A DNA stretch of 64,000 bases from NCBI RefSeq assembly GCF_000008625.1, contig NC_000918.1, positions 596,989-660,988 on the forward strand, read 5' to 3'. This stretch comes from Aquifex aeolicus VF5 (lineage in GTDB: Bacteria > Aquificota > Aquificia > Aquificales > Aquificaceae). Positions 54,115-63,521 of the stretch are shown here, piece by piece. Position 1 is the first letter of the stretch; each line of letters starts with the position of its first letter. The notes below the pieces were generated by a model. It was not told the DNA's origin and did no database searches. It saw only the letters and a program-made list of their open reading frames with translations. A program made the position numbers and the translations under genes.

Positions 54115-54377
54115 TGGGTGCGAAGGATAAACACGTTATTCTTCTGGTTTCTCAATGGTGTCCTACATGTCCTCATGCGGATGCCCTCTGGAAAAAACTT
54201 CAGGAAGAATACGGCTTTAAGTATGAAGTTCTGGACATAGGTACTCCGGAGGGCAGGTACTGGGTCACAAAGCTAATGGTAAGGAGTGTTCCTTCCACGG
54301 TTATAGACGGTAAGCTTGCATTCGTGGGGGTGCCAAACGAAGCGGAAGCACGCAAAGCAATAGAGGAGGGGGTTTAA
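54114..54377 (+). CDS. thioredoxin/glutaredoxin-like small protein (CPTC active site)
   Basis: MGAKDKHVILLVSQWCPTCPHA. Its ATG shares one nucleotide with the TGA of the preceding gene. Confidence 0.6.
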   Translation: MGAKDKHVILLVSQWCPTCPHADALWKKLQEEYGFKYEVLDIGTPEGRYWVTKLMVRSVPSTVIDGKLAFVGVPNEAEARKAIEEGV

Positions 54378-54404
54378 CTTTATACCTTTTTATAATCTTT
54401 AAGT

Positions 54405-55262
54405 ATGTACTTTCAAGACATCATAATGACCCTTCACAAGTTCTGGGCTGAAAAGGGATGTTTAATCTGGCAACCCTACGACGTTGAAGTCGGTGCAGGG
54501 ACAATGAACCCTGCCACTTTCCTGAAAGTTCTTGGTAAAAAGCCGTGGAACGTCGCATACGTTGAACCCTCAAGAAGGCCTCAGGACGGAAGGTACGGAG
54601 AAAACCCCAACAGACTCCAGCACTACTACCAGTTTCAGGTAATTTTAAAGCCCGCACCCCGAAATCCTCAGGAGATTTACCTTGAAAGCCTTGAAAGACT
54701 AGGCATAAATCCCCTGGAACACGACATAAGGTTCGTGGAAGACGACTGGGAATCTCCTACCTTGGGAGCATGGGGACTCGGCTGGGAGGTCTGGCTTGAC
54801 GGAATGGAAATAACCCAGTTCACCTACTTCCAGCAGGCGGGAGGACTTGACCTTGACGAGATATCCGTTGAGATCACTTACGGACTGGAAAGGATAGCGA
54901 TGTACATACAGGATAAAGACAGCGTTTTTGACATAGAGTGGAAAGAGGGAATAACCTACGGCGAGATATTCAAGCGTTCGGAGTGGGAGTGGAGCAAGTA
55001 CAACTTTGAACTTGCAGACACGGATATGCTCTTTCAGGTTTACGAAATGTTTGAAAAGGAATCAAAAAGGATGGTTGAAGAAGGGCTTATATTCCCCGCT
55101 TATGACTACCTCCTGAAGTGTTCCCACGTGTTTAACATACTGGACGCAAGAGGAGCTATTTCCGTTCAGGAGAGGGCGAGGTACATAAGGAGGATGAACA
55201 ACCTTGCAAGGGAAATAGCAAAGCTCTATCTTCAAGTCTTTGAAAATGTTGGAGCAACTTGA
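54405..55262 (+). CDS. glyQ: glycyl-tRNA synthetase alpha subunit
   Basis: [36 protein letters not shown] is highly characteristic of GlyQ. Confidence 0.95.
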
Positions 55263-55905
55263 AAAAAAACTCGGCTACACCTTTAAGGATAAATCTCTAC
55301 TCGAAAAAGCCTTAACCCACGTATCTTACTCAAAAAAAGAACACTACGAAACTCTTGAGTTCCTCGGCGATGCCCTCGTGAATTTTTTTATAGTTGACCT
55401 TCTGGTTCAGTATTCCCCCAACAAAAGGGAAGGCTTTTTATCTCCCTTGAAAGCTTACCTCATAAGTGAAGAGTTTTTTAATTTACTCGCTCAAAAACTG
55501 GAACTTCATAAATTCATAAGAATAAAGAGAGGAAAGATAAACGAAACAATTATAGGAGACGTATTTGAAGCTCTTTGGGCAGCGGTTTACATAGATTCGG
55601 GAAGGGACGCAAACTTCACACGGGAACTTTTTTACAAACTTTTTAAAGAAGATATACTGAGTGCTATAAAAGAGGGAAGAGTAAAAAAAGATTACAAAAC
55701 GATACTTCAGGAGATCACTCAAAAACGATGGAAGGAAAGACCGGAATACAGACTCATAAGTGTTGAAGGTCCTCACCATAAAAAGAAGTTCATAGTGGAA
55801 GCAAAAATAAAAGAGTACCGAACACTCGGCGAAGGAAAGAGCAAAAAGGAAGCTGAACAAAGGGCAGCCGAGGAATTAATTAAATTACTGGAGGAATCAG
55901 AATGA
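55240..55905 (+). CDS. rnc: ribonuclease III
   Basis: 221 aa with the RNase III signature ETLEFLGDA and a C-terminal dsRBD. Confidence 0.95.
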
Positions 55906-56831
55906 AAAAAGGAGTAATACTTATAAACCTCGGCGGACCTGATTCTCTGGAAGCGGTAGAGCCGTTCCTTTATAACCTTTTCTCAGATCCAGATATTTTC
56001 TCCTTACCCTTTCAAAAAGTTCTCGCAAAAATAATCGCAAAGTTAAGGGCTAAAAAAACGAGACATTACTACGAGCTTATGGGAGGAAAGTCTCCCCAAT
56101 ACGAACAAACCCTTGAACAGGCTAAAGCACTTCAGGAAAGACTAGGAGAAGATTACAAGGTAGTTGTGGGAATGAGATACTGGAAACCTTACATAAAAGA
56201 CGCACTTTCTGAACTCCTGAAGGAAGGAATAAACGAAGTAATACTCCTTCCCCTGTACCCCCAGTACAGCAAAACGACAACTGGTTCCGCTTTTAACGAG
56301 TTTGAAAGGAGCAAAAAAGCCCTCAAAGCGGACCACATTAAAGTTAAGAAAATAGAACACTTTTACGACCACCCCCTCTATATAAAGGCGTGGGCCGAGC
56401 AGATAAAACAGAGCGTTGAAAAGCCCGAAGAATACCATTTTCTCTTTTCCGCCCACAGCCTTCCCAAGAAATTGATAGAAGAAGGAGACCCTTATCAGGA
56501 ACAAACCGAAAAAACGGTAAAACTCATTATGGAAAATTTCCCTGAAGTAGAATACACGCTTGCTTACCAGAGTAAAGTGGGTTTCGGAAAGTGGCTCGAA
56601 CCCTCAACAGACGAAGTAATCAGAAACCTGATTAAGAAAGAAGTTAAAAAGTTATTAGTTATTCCCATATCCTTTGTTTCCGAACACAGCGAAACCCTTT
56701 ACGAACTCGACAAACAATACAGAGAACTTGCCCAAGAACTGGGATACGAAGAATTCGTAAGAGTCCCTACTCTAAGAACAAACCCCTACTTCATATCTGC
56801 ACTTGAAGATTTAGTAAAAAATGAAGTATAG
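55902..56831 (+). CDS. hemH: ferrochelatase
   Basis: [34 protein letters not shown]-terminus and a length of 309 aa. Confidence 0.9.
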   Translation: MKKGVILINLGGPDSLEAVEPFLYNLFSDPDIFSLPFQKVLAKIIAKLRAKKTRHYYELMGGKSPQYEQTLEQAKALQERLGEDYKVVVGMRYWKPYIKDALSELLKEGINEVILLPLYPQYSKTTTGSAFNEFERSKKALKADHIKVKKIEHFYDHPLYIKAWAEQIKQSVEKPEEYHFLFSAHSLPKKLIEEGDPYQEQTEKTVKLIMENFPEVEYTLAYQSKVGFGKWLEPSTDEVIRNLIKKEVKKLLVIPISFVSEHSETLYELDKQYRELAQELGYEEFVRVPTLRTNPYFISALEDLVKNEV

Positions 56832-56867
56832 TAAAATTAAGTAAAGGGCTTTTTTAGCCCTCTCGTG

Positions 56868-57106
56868 GCTCCTTGGCAACTGAATAGGGTTTATGGGTCT
56901 TGATAAGTGATGCTTTGATGATGTGATGAAATGAAATCATGATGTGATATGATTGAAGTGATTGAAAATCAAGGGTAAAAATTTTATAAAGGCATACTCA
57001 ATTTTGCAGAACCTCGGGTTAGCGGAAATTAACATTCGTTTCATTAAGGTCAGAAGTCTAATAAGTTATTTATAAAGCGTTTTTTTAGACACAGGCGTGC
57101 AGGGTT
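56868..57106 (+). repeat. 239-bp CRISPR-leader-like element, copy 2, followed directly by CRISPR repeats
   Basis: It is 238/239 identical to 52844-53082, with a single T/C difference near the 5' end. A hemH terminator-like hairpin (GGGCTttttAGCCC) lies just upstream. Confidence 0.9.
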
Positions 57107-57202
57107 CCTAATGTACCATAGAGGAGTTGAAACGTCGTCTATGAAGTCGTAAGCCTCTTTAAGTTTTTGTTTAGTTCCTAATGTACCGTGCGGAGCTTAA
57201 AC
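57104..57202 (+). CRISPR. degenerate CRISPR mini-array of two repeats (30 and 29 nt) flanking one 40-nt spacer, with a possible further spacer and a degenerate terminal repeat to ~57272
   Basis: R1 is GTTCCTAATGTACCATAGAGGAGTTGAAAC, the spacer is GTCGTCTATGAAGTCGTAAGCCTCTTTAAGTTTTTGTTTA, and R2 is GTTCCTAATGTACCGTGCGGAGCTTAAAC. The repeats share 14 nt at the 5' end plus a GGAG...AAAC tail, like the (A/G)TTGAAAC 5'-handle type processed by Cas6. Confidence 0.6.
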
Positions 57203-57253
57203 TTTTATCATGTATGTACAGGATTATTTGAATCTTGTGGTTATGCCCTAATA

Positions 57254-57550
57254 ATGAGGGATTGTGATTCCATAACATTCCGTATTGACGAATGCCCTGT
57301 TCCCCTCCTGAGCATAAAGAATGCTTACCTGAAAGTTAATGAAATATCTCCCGAAGACTTTGTTGATAGAATTAAGCATTCCGGCTATCTTTCAATGCTA
57401 AGAAAAGGGGAATTAATTAAAACTTTAGAATGTGATTTTAATCTAAATTTAAGAAAAAAGTGCGAGAAAAATCTGGAAAAAGGAGACAAGGCTATATTAA
57501 TAATCCATGAAGAAAAGGAATTAAAGTTTTTCGATATTGAGGTCTTGTAA
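57254..57550 (+). CDS. hypothetical 98-aa protein immediately downstream of the CRISPR remnant, with a truncated paralog at 53094
   Basis: MRDCDSITFRIDECPVPLLSIKNAYLKVNEISPEDFVDRIKHSGYLSMLRKGELIKTLECDF... No family was recognised. The ATG chosen is the one conserved between the two loci. Confidence 0.4.
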   Translation: MRDCDSITFRIDECPVPLLSIKNAYLKVNEISPEDFVDRIKHSGYLSMLRKGELIKTLECDFNLNLRKKCEKNLEKGDKAILIIHEEKELKFFDIEVL

Positions 57551-57553
57551 ACT

Positions 57554-58642
57554 TTACTCCTGAAGCAAGGCCTTGGGGTAAGAACCGAGAACCTTCAGGA
57601 ATTGGGTTTTTTCTTTGAGTTCTTTCAATGCCTTTTCTACTCTCTCTTCTTCCTTGTGTCCTTCTAAATCTACGAAAAAGACGTAATCCCAAGCCTTCTT
57701 CTTTGATGGTCTTGATTCGATCTTGGTTAAGTTAATTCCGTGTTTGTAAAAGACTTCTAAGGCTTTGTAGAGAGCTCCGGGCTCGTCTTTTACACCGAAA
57801 AGTATGCTCGTCTTATCGCTTCCCGTGGGTTTTAAATCCCTCTTCGCTATAACTAAGAACCTCGTGAAGTTGTCTCCCGAATCCTGAATGTTTCTTGCGA
57901 GTATGTTGAGGTGGTAAGTGTAGGCCGCAACTTCCGAGGCTACGGCTCCAGCTCTCTCATCTTCAAGGGCGATTTCACAAGCTTTTGCGGTGCTCTCTAC
58001 TTCTATAACCTGTACACTCGGAAGATTTTTCTCAAGCCAACTCCTGCACTGGGCAAGGGCCATTTTATGGGAATAAACCTTTTCAACGTTTTCTATACTA
58101 TCCGAAGCCGAGAGCAAGTGTAGCGTTATGGGTATCACTATCTCTCCCGCAATCTTTACGTCACTTTCCAGGAACATGTCAAGGGTGTAATTAACTACTC
58201 CCTCTATCGTGTTTTCCACGGGAACTACGCCGTAATCCGCCCTTTTCGTTTCCACTTCCACGAACACGTCCCTTATGGTGGAACATGGTGTGTAGTGAGC
58301 AGAAAATCCGAAAAACTCAAGGGCAGCTTGATGGGTAAATGTAGCCTTTGGACCAAGGTAGGCTACTTTTATTTTCTTTTCTAAGGAAAGACAAGCGGAG
58401 ATAATCTCCCTGTATATGTGAACGAGTGCCTCTTGAGGAAAAACACCGCCGTAAACTTCTTTGTTAAGCCTCAGTATTTTTTCAAAAATTTCCCTTTCCC
58501 TTTCGGGGACGTGTATGGGGAGGTTTGCCTTTGACTTTATTTCCCCTATCCTCTTTGCAAGCTTTGCCCTTTCGTTTAAGAGCCTGAGTATCTCTTCGTC
58601 TATCCTGTCTATCTCTTTTCTGAGTTCCTTTAGCTCTTCCAT
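57554..58642 (-). CDS. pheA: bifunctional chorismate mutase/prephenate dehydratase (P-protein)
   Basis: An N-terminal CM domain (LRKEIDRIDEEILRLLNERAKLA), a PDT domain and a C-terminal ACT domain, 362 aa in total. Confidence 0.9.
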   Translation of the reverse strand: MEELKELRKEIDRIDEEILRLLNERAKLAKRIGEIKSKANLPIHVPEREREIFEKILRLNKEVYGGVFPQEALVHIYREIISACLSLEKKIKVAYLGPKATFTHQAALEFFGFSAHYTPCSTIRDVFVEVETKRADYGVVPVENTIEGVVNYTLDMFLESDVKIAGEIVIPITLHLLSASDSIENVEKVYSHKMALAQCRSWLEKNLPSVQVIEVESTAKACEIALEDERAGAVASEVAAYTYHLNILARNIQDSGDNFTRFLVIAKRDLKPTGSDKTSILFGVKDEPGALYKALEVFYKHGINLTKIESRPSKKKAWDYVFFVDLEGHKEEERVEKALKELKEKTQFLKVLGSYPKALLQE

Positions 58643-58696
58643 TCCAGACTTAAAATTTTATGTTAAAATAACCTCTCTCGTAAAAGGAGGCATCGC

Positions 58697-59049
<353 letters not shown>

Positions 59050-59053
<4 letters not shown>

Positions 59054-60069
59054 TGGAAAAGCTCGACAAAATCCTCGAGGAGTTAAAATTACTCCTCTCT
59101 TCTGTCTCTTCCCTTAAAGAACTTCAAGAAGTAAGGAGCAAGTTCTTAGGGAGTAAGGGTGTCATAAAGGAGCTTCTCAAGAAAATCAAGGAAGTTCCCT
59201 CCGAAGAGAGGAAGGAGTACGGAAAAAGAGTTAACCTACTCAAGGAAGAGGCTGAAAAGCTAATAAAGGAAAAGGAAGAGGAACTCAAGGAAAGGGAACT
59301 TGAAGAAAAGCTAAAAGGCGAATGGGTTGACCTGAGCATTCCTCCGGCTAGGACTGTAGGTTCTCTTCACCCCATAACAGTTACGCTCGAGAGGATTGTG
59401 ACGATATTCAGAGGAATGGGATTTGAGGTTGAGGAAGGTCCCGAGGTAGAGAGGGAAGAGTATAACTTTGATATGCTCAACATTCCCAAGGAACACCCTG
59501 CAAGGGACATGCAGGATACTTTTTACGTAAACAGGGAGGGCTACCTTCTGAGGACTCACACCTCTCCCGTCCAGATAAGAACCATGCTCAAGAAAAAGCC
59601 TCCCATCCAGATAATAGCCCCCGGGAAGGTTTACAGGAGGGACGACGATCCCACTCACTCTCCTATGTTCCATCAGGTTGAAGGGCTTGTTGTAAACGAG
59701 TATGCAAACTTCAGACACATGAAGTACGTAATTGAGGAATTCCTGAAGAAGTTCTTTGAAACTGACCTTCCTGTGAGGTTCAGAACCTCATACTTTCCCT
59801 TCACGGAGCCCTCCGCGGAAGTTGACATAGGTTGTGTTATATGTCATCAGGAGGGTTGCAGGGTTTGTAAACATACGGGATGGCTTGAAGTAATGGGTTG
59901 CGGAATGGTTCACCCTAAGGTTCTCGAAAACTGCGGTATAGACACGGATTTTTACCAGGGATTTGCCTTCGGAATGGGTGTTGAGAGACTCGCGATGCTC
60001 CTCTTTGGCATAGATAACATAAAGCTCTTTTACGAAAACGACCTCAGGTTCATAAAGCAGTTCTTCTGA
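59050..60069 (+). CDS. pheS: phenylalanyl-tRNA synthetase alpha subunit
   Basis: Class II motifs ([30 protein letters not shown]) and a length of 339 aa. Confidence 0.95.
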
Positions 60070-60077
60070 AGGTTAAA

Positions 60078-60848
60078 ATGAGAAAGCAGATCGTAGAACT
60101 ATTTTTAATAATCCTCGCTGTTTTATTCATAAGGGAGTACATAGCACAGGCTTACACCATTCCCTCCGCATCTATGGAGCCTACCCTTCTCGTAGGAGAT
60201 TTCATACTGGTGAACAAACTCGTTTACTCGCTCTCTGAACCCATGCGGGGGGATATGATAGTATTCAAGTATCCAAAGAATCCCGACATAGACTTCATAA
60301 AACGCATAATTGCAAGGGGCGGGGATACCGTTGAGTTCTTTCCTTACTACGATGAGAAAAACAACGTCCTTATATACAAGGTTGCGGTAAACGGAAAGCT
60401 TTACGAACTCACCTACGAAGGGGAAAAGAACTATTCCTACGACTGCTACCAGTACAGAGAAAAGCTCTACAGGGAAGACGGAGAAGTTATACAGCACAGC
60501 GTGTGTTTCAGGAATACACTTTTAAAAGTACCAGGGATGGTCTATAACGCGATAAGTTCTGATCTCTGTCTGAAGTACAACGAAGACGGCTTTTGCGTTA
60601 AGTTTGTAGTGCCCGAAGGCTACTACTTCGTAATGGGGGACAACAGGGACAACAGTCAGGACAGCAGGTTCTGGGGTTTTGTGCCGAGGGAAAACATAGA
60701 GGGTAAAGCTTTCGTGATTTACTACTCCGGAAAGGTCCCGTCTCTCACTCCCGAAGAGGCTAATCCCCTTACGGCGGTAAGACAGATAATTTACGCTCTG
60801 CTGAATCCGAGACCTTCAAGAATAGGTAAGCCTTTGATAGACAAGTGA
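60078..60848 (+). CDS. lepB: signal peptidase I
   Basis: SASMEPTL (the catalytic Ser box) and GDNRDNSQDSRFWGFVP. Confidence 0.9.
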   Translation: MRKQIVELFLIILAVLFIREYIAQAYTIPSASMEPTLLVGDFILVNKLVYSLSEPMRGDMIVFKYPKNPDIDFIKRIIARGGDTVEFFPYYDEKNNVLIYKVAVNGKLYELTYEGEKNYSYDCYQYREKLYREDGEVIQHSVCFRNTLLKVPGMVYNAISSDLCLKYNEDGFCVKFVVPEGYYFVMGDNRDNSQDSRFWGFVPRENIEGKAFVIYYSGKVPSLTPEEANPLTAVRQIIYALLNPRPSRIGKPLIDK

Positions 60849-61318
60849 TGGAACTCCGAATTGGTTTTGGTTTTGACTCTCACGAATTTGTAGAAGGAAA
60901 GTTATTAATTCTAGGCGGAGTGGAAATTGAAAAAGATTATGGACTGAAGGGGCACTCGGACGGGGACGCCCTTCTCCACGCTATAACGGACGCCATTCTC
61001 GGAGCCCTCGGAGAGAGGGACATAGGTGAGATTTTTAAGGACACGGATCCGAGATGGAAAAACGCACCTTCGCGGATTTTCCTTGAAAAGGCTCTGGAAG
61101 TAATGAGTGAAAAAGGATTTAACATATCAAATATCGACTGCGTAATTGTTGCAGACAGACCGAAGATAGCACCTCACAAGGAAAGGATAAAGGAAAGTCT
61201 TTCAAAACTCCTCGGCATTCCGAAGGAAAGGATTTCCTTAAAAGGAAAGAGGAGAGAGGGTTTTTGTGAAGGAAACGGACTCGTGTGTATGTGTACGGTG
61301 TTGCTCGTTAAAATGTAA
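60845..61318 (+). CDS. ispF: 2-C-methyl-D-erythritol 2,4-cyclodiphosphate synthase
   Basis: RIGFGFDSHEF...GHSDGDALLHAITDAILGA. Confidence 0.9.
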   Translation: MMELRIGFGFDSHEFVEGKLLILGGVEIEKDYGLKGHSDGDALLHAITDAILGALGERDIGEIFKDTDPRWKNAPSRIFLEKALEVMSEKGFNISNIDCVIVADRPKIAPHKERIKESLSKLLGIPKERISLKGKRREGFCEGNGLVCMCTVLLVKM

Positions 61319-61324
61319 ATACCC

Positions 61325-62242
61325 ATGGAAAATTTCCTCAGCTTCTTCAGGATACTGATAACCTTTCCGGTAGTCTTTCTTATACTGGAGAAAGAATTTT
61401 TCCTCGCCTTCTGGCTTTATTTGGTAGGAGCTCTGACCGACTGGTTTGACGGAAACCTTGCGAGAAAGAATAAAAGAGTTTCAAACTTTGGGAAACTCCT
61501 CGATCCTTACGCGGATAAGGTTTTTGTCCTGCTTCCCTTAATAGCCCTCGTAGAGGTAAAGAAGGTAAAGGCAATCTGGGTAATACTCCTTACATTCAGG
61601 GAACTGAGTATTTCCTTTTTCAGGAGCGTTATGGTAGAAAAGGGGATTTACATGGAAGCAAGCTTCACGGGAAAGCTGAAAGCCTTTCTTGAGTTCAGCG
61701 CTATATCCCTCATACTCCTCGGTGTTGAGCTCGGGAATTACCTTTTGATCCTCGCCGTGATATTTGCCTACATCTCCGCTTCGGGTACCTCAAAAGGTTC
61801 TGGGCTCTCATTTAAAGAACTTGTTCGTTACGGGCATCCTCCAGTCCTTTCCGAAAGCCCTGCTCGTGATCTTTGGTCCGATGGGTGCCTGCTTTCTCTT
61901 GTACTCGTTTTTCCTTATCATGTTTATGGTCTTGTACACCGCATCCCTCGGAAGTCCTTTCCTGATTATCTCTTCAGGGCTCAAGTTCTCCTCTATGTAA
62001 AGCATGAGTATTTGATCCAGTATCTCGTAAGGCGGGAGTACGTCCTGATCTGTCTGATTTGGTCTGAGCTCCGCCGAAGGCGGTTTTTTAAACACTCTTT
62101 CGGGAATATCGGGGCTTATGGAGTTTCTGTACCTTGCGAGTTTGTAAACCCACGTTTTGTAAACGTCTTTTATCGGGGCAAAACCTCCCGCCATGTCCCC
62201 GTATATGGTTGTGTAGCCCACTGCCGTTTCACTCTTGTTTGA
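61325..62242 (+). CDS. pgsA: CDP-diacylglycerol--glycerol-3-phosphate 3-phosphatidyltransferase (CDP-alcohol phosphatidyltransferase). Only the first ~160 codons look like PgsA, and the ORF then runs antisense through nadE.
   Basis: CDP-OH phosphatidyltransferase motif DWFDGNLARK...GKLLDPYADK. After ~61810 the translation SKGSGLSFKELVRYGHPP... is low-complexity antisense of nadE. Confidence 0.7.
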   Translation: MENFLSFFRILITFPVVFLILEKEFFLAFWLYLVGALTDWFDGNLARKNKRVSNFGKLLDPYADKVFVLLPLIALVEVKKVKAIWVILLTFRELSISFFRSVMVEKGIYMEASFTGKLKAFLEFSAISLILLGVELGNYLLILAVIFAYISASGTSKGSGLSFKELVRYGHPPVLSESPARDLWSDGCLLSLVLVFPYHVYGLVHRIPRKSFPDYLFRAQVLLYVKHEYLIQYLVRREYVLICLIWSELRRRRFFKHSFGNIGAYGVSVPCEFVNPRFVNVFYRGKTSRHVPVYGCVAHCRFTLV

Positions 62243-63511
62243 AGTGGAAAGAACGAGATAACGGAACTTATTTGAAAAGTAAAAGAGGATGTTTGCCCTT
62301 ATGCGTGCCTGTATGTTTTCGTCGGCAACGTCAAAGGTAATTTCACATATTTCTTTCTCAAACTCGTTAAAGTAAGCCCTGTAAATTTCTTTTATCGGTA
62401 TGACGTGAAACTCTATACCGAGGTTCTGGGCTAGGGCTTTAGCGTCCTCGTAACTCTCCTTTGAGGAAAACTGAGAGGGCATATACACACCTTTCACGTT
62501 TTCCCTTCCGAGGGCATCTACCGCAAGGCAGGCAACAAAAGAGCTGTCTATCCCACCCGAAAGCCCAAGGACAACCTTCTCAAATCCGTTTTTCCTAACG
62601 TAGTCCCTCAGACTGAGCTTTAGAGCGGCGTAAATCTCCTCCTCTTCCTTTGGGTTTTCCTCAATCCTTCCTCTAAAAAACTCTTTATCGGGAAGAGAAA
62701 CACTCCTTTTCACGTTCACTTTTTCCCTTCCGTAACTCCCTTCCCTCCACCTCAGATCGAGAAGTCTCTTTCTCTTTGCTTCGCCGAGGTCCAAGGTAAC
62801 GGTGAGTATGTCTTCTTCGAAAGCCTTTGCCCTCGCTACGAGTTTACCGAAGGGAGAAATTACGATACTCCTTCCGTCGAAAACGAGTTCGTCCTGCCCG
62901 CCCACGAGGTTCACGTAAGCAACAAAACAGAGGTTATCCTCAGCCCTTGACTTTAAAAAGCTCTCTTTAAAGGAGTACTTGTTTACGTGGTAAGGTGAGG
63001 CGTTTACGTTTACAATGAGTTCCGCTCCCGAGAGTGCGGTTTGCCTTTCAACTCCGTCGGGATACCATATGTCCTCGCATATGGAAAAGGAGACTTTATG
63101 CCCGTTTACCTCTATCATTAATGGTTCTTCTCCTTTCCTGAAGTACCTGTACTCGTCAAAAACGCTGTAATTGGGCAAAAAGTGTTTTTTATAAATCCCC
63201 AGAACTTCTCCTCTGTGTATTACCGCCAGGGCGTTGTAAAGGTCAAACTCGTAGTATGGCAGTCCAACAGCGACGATAACGTCGTAATTCCTCGTGTGGT
63301 GAATTATTTGATCAAACGCTTTTTCACACTCTTTCAAGAAATGGGGTTGTAAAAGGAGGTCTTCGGGGGGATAACCGCTCAGGGAAAGTTCGGGAAAGGC
63401 TATTATGTGACTCTTTTCCGAGTACTCGTCTATAACCTTTAAAATCTTCTCTTTATTCCCTTCTACGTCTCCTACGGTAAAGTTGAGCTGGGCGAGCGTG
63501 AGGTTGAGCAT
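61808..63511 (-). CDS. nadE: glutamine-dependent NAD+ synthetase (CN-hydrolase domain plus NAD synthetase domain)
   Basis: An N-terminal nitrilase-like domain (MLNLTLAQLNFTVGD, catalytic Cys in FSICEDIW), a C-terminal PP-loop (GLSGGIDSS) and a length of 567 aa. Confidence 0.9.
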   Translation of the reverse strand: MLNLTLAQLNFTVGDVEGNKEKILKVIDEYSEKSHIIAFPELSLSGYPPEDLLLQPHFLKECEKAFDQIIHHTRNYDVIVAVGLPYYEFDLYNALAVIHRGEVLGIYKKHFLPNYSVFDEYRYFRKGEEPLMIEVNGHKVSFSICEDIWYPDGVERQTALSGAELIVNVNASPYHVNKYSFKESFLKSRAEDNLCFVAYVNLVGGQDELVFDGRSIVISPFGKLVARAKAFEEDILTVTLDLGEAKRKRLLDLRWREGSYGREKVNVKRSVSLPDKEFFRGRIEENPKEEEEIYAALKLSLRDYVRKNGFEKVVLGLSGGIDSSFVACLAVDALGRENVKGVYMPSQFSSKESYEDAKALAQNLGIEFHVIPIKEIYRAYFNEFEKEICEITFDVADENIQARIRANILFYFSNKFRYLVLSTSNKSETAVGYTTIYGDMAGGFAPIKDVYKTWVYKLARYRNSISPDIPERVFKKPPSAELRPNQTDQDVLPPYEILDQILMLYIEENLSPEEIIRKGLPRDAVYKTINMIRKNEYKRKQAPIGPKITSRAFGKDWRMPVTNKFFK

Positions 63512-63521
63512 TAAATAAATA

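Noticed and set aside
55240-55905. RNase III located between the two CRISPR leader copies, hinting at a type II tracrRNA-style processing link
   Set aside because: The repeats are of the Cas6-processed type (...GTTGAAAC), there is no cas9 or tracrRNA-like anti-repeat, and rnc is a core gene in a glyQ-rnc-hemH run. The placement is most likely coincidental.
57243-57272. Treating ATGCCCTAATAATGAGGGATTGTGATTCC as a bona fide third CRISPR repeat
   Set aside because: It shares only the CCTAAT core and scattered positions with the 29/30-mers. It also doubles as the conserved start of the small downstream ORF. I kept it as a possible degenerate terminal repeat and did not count it.
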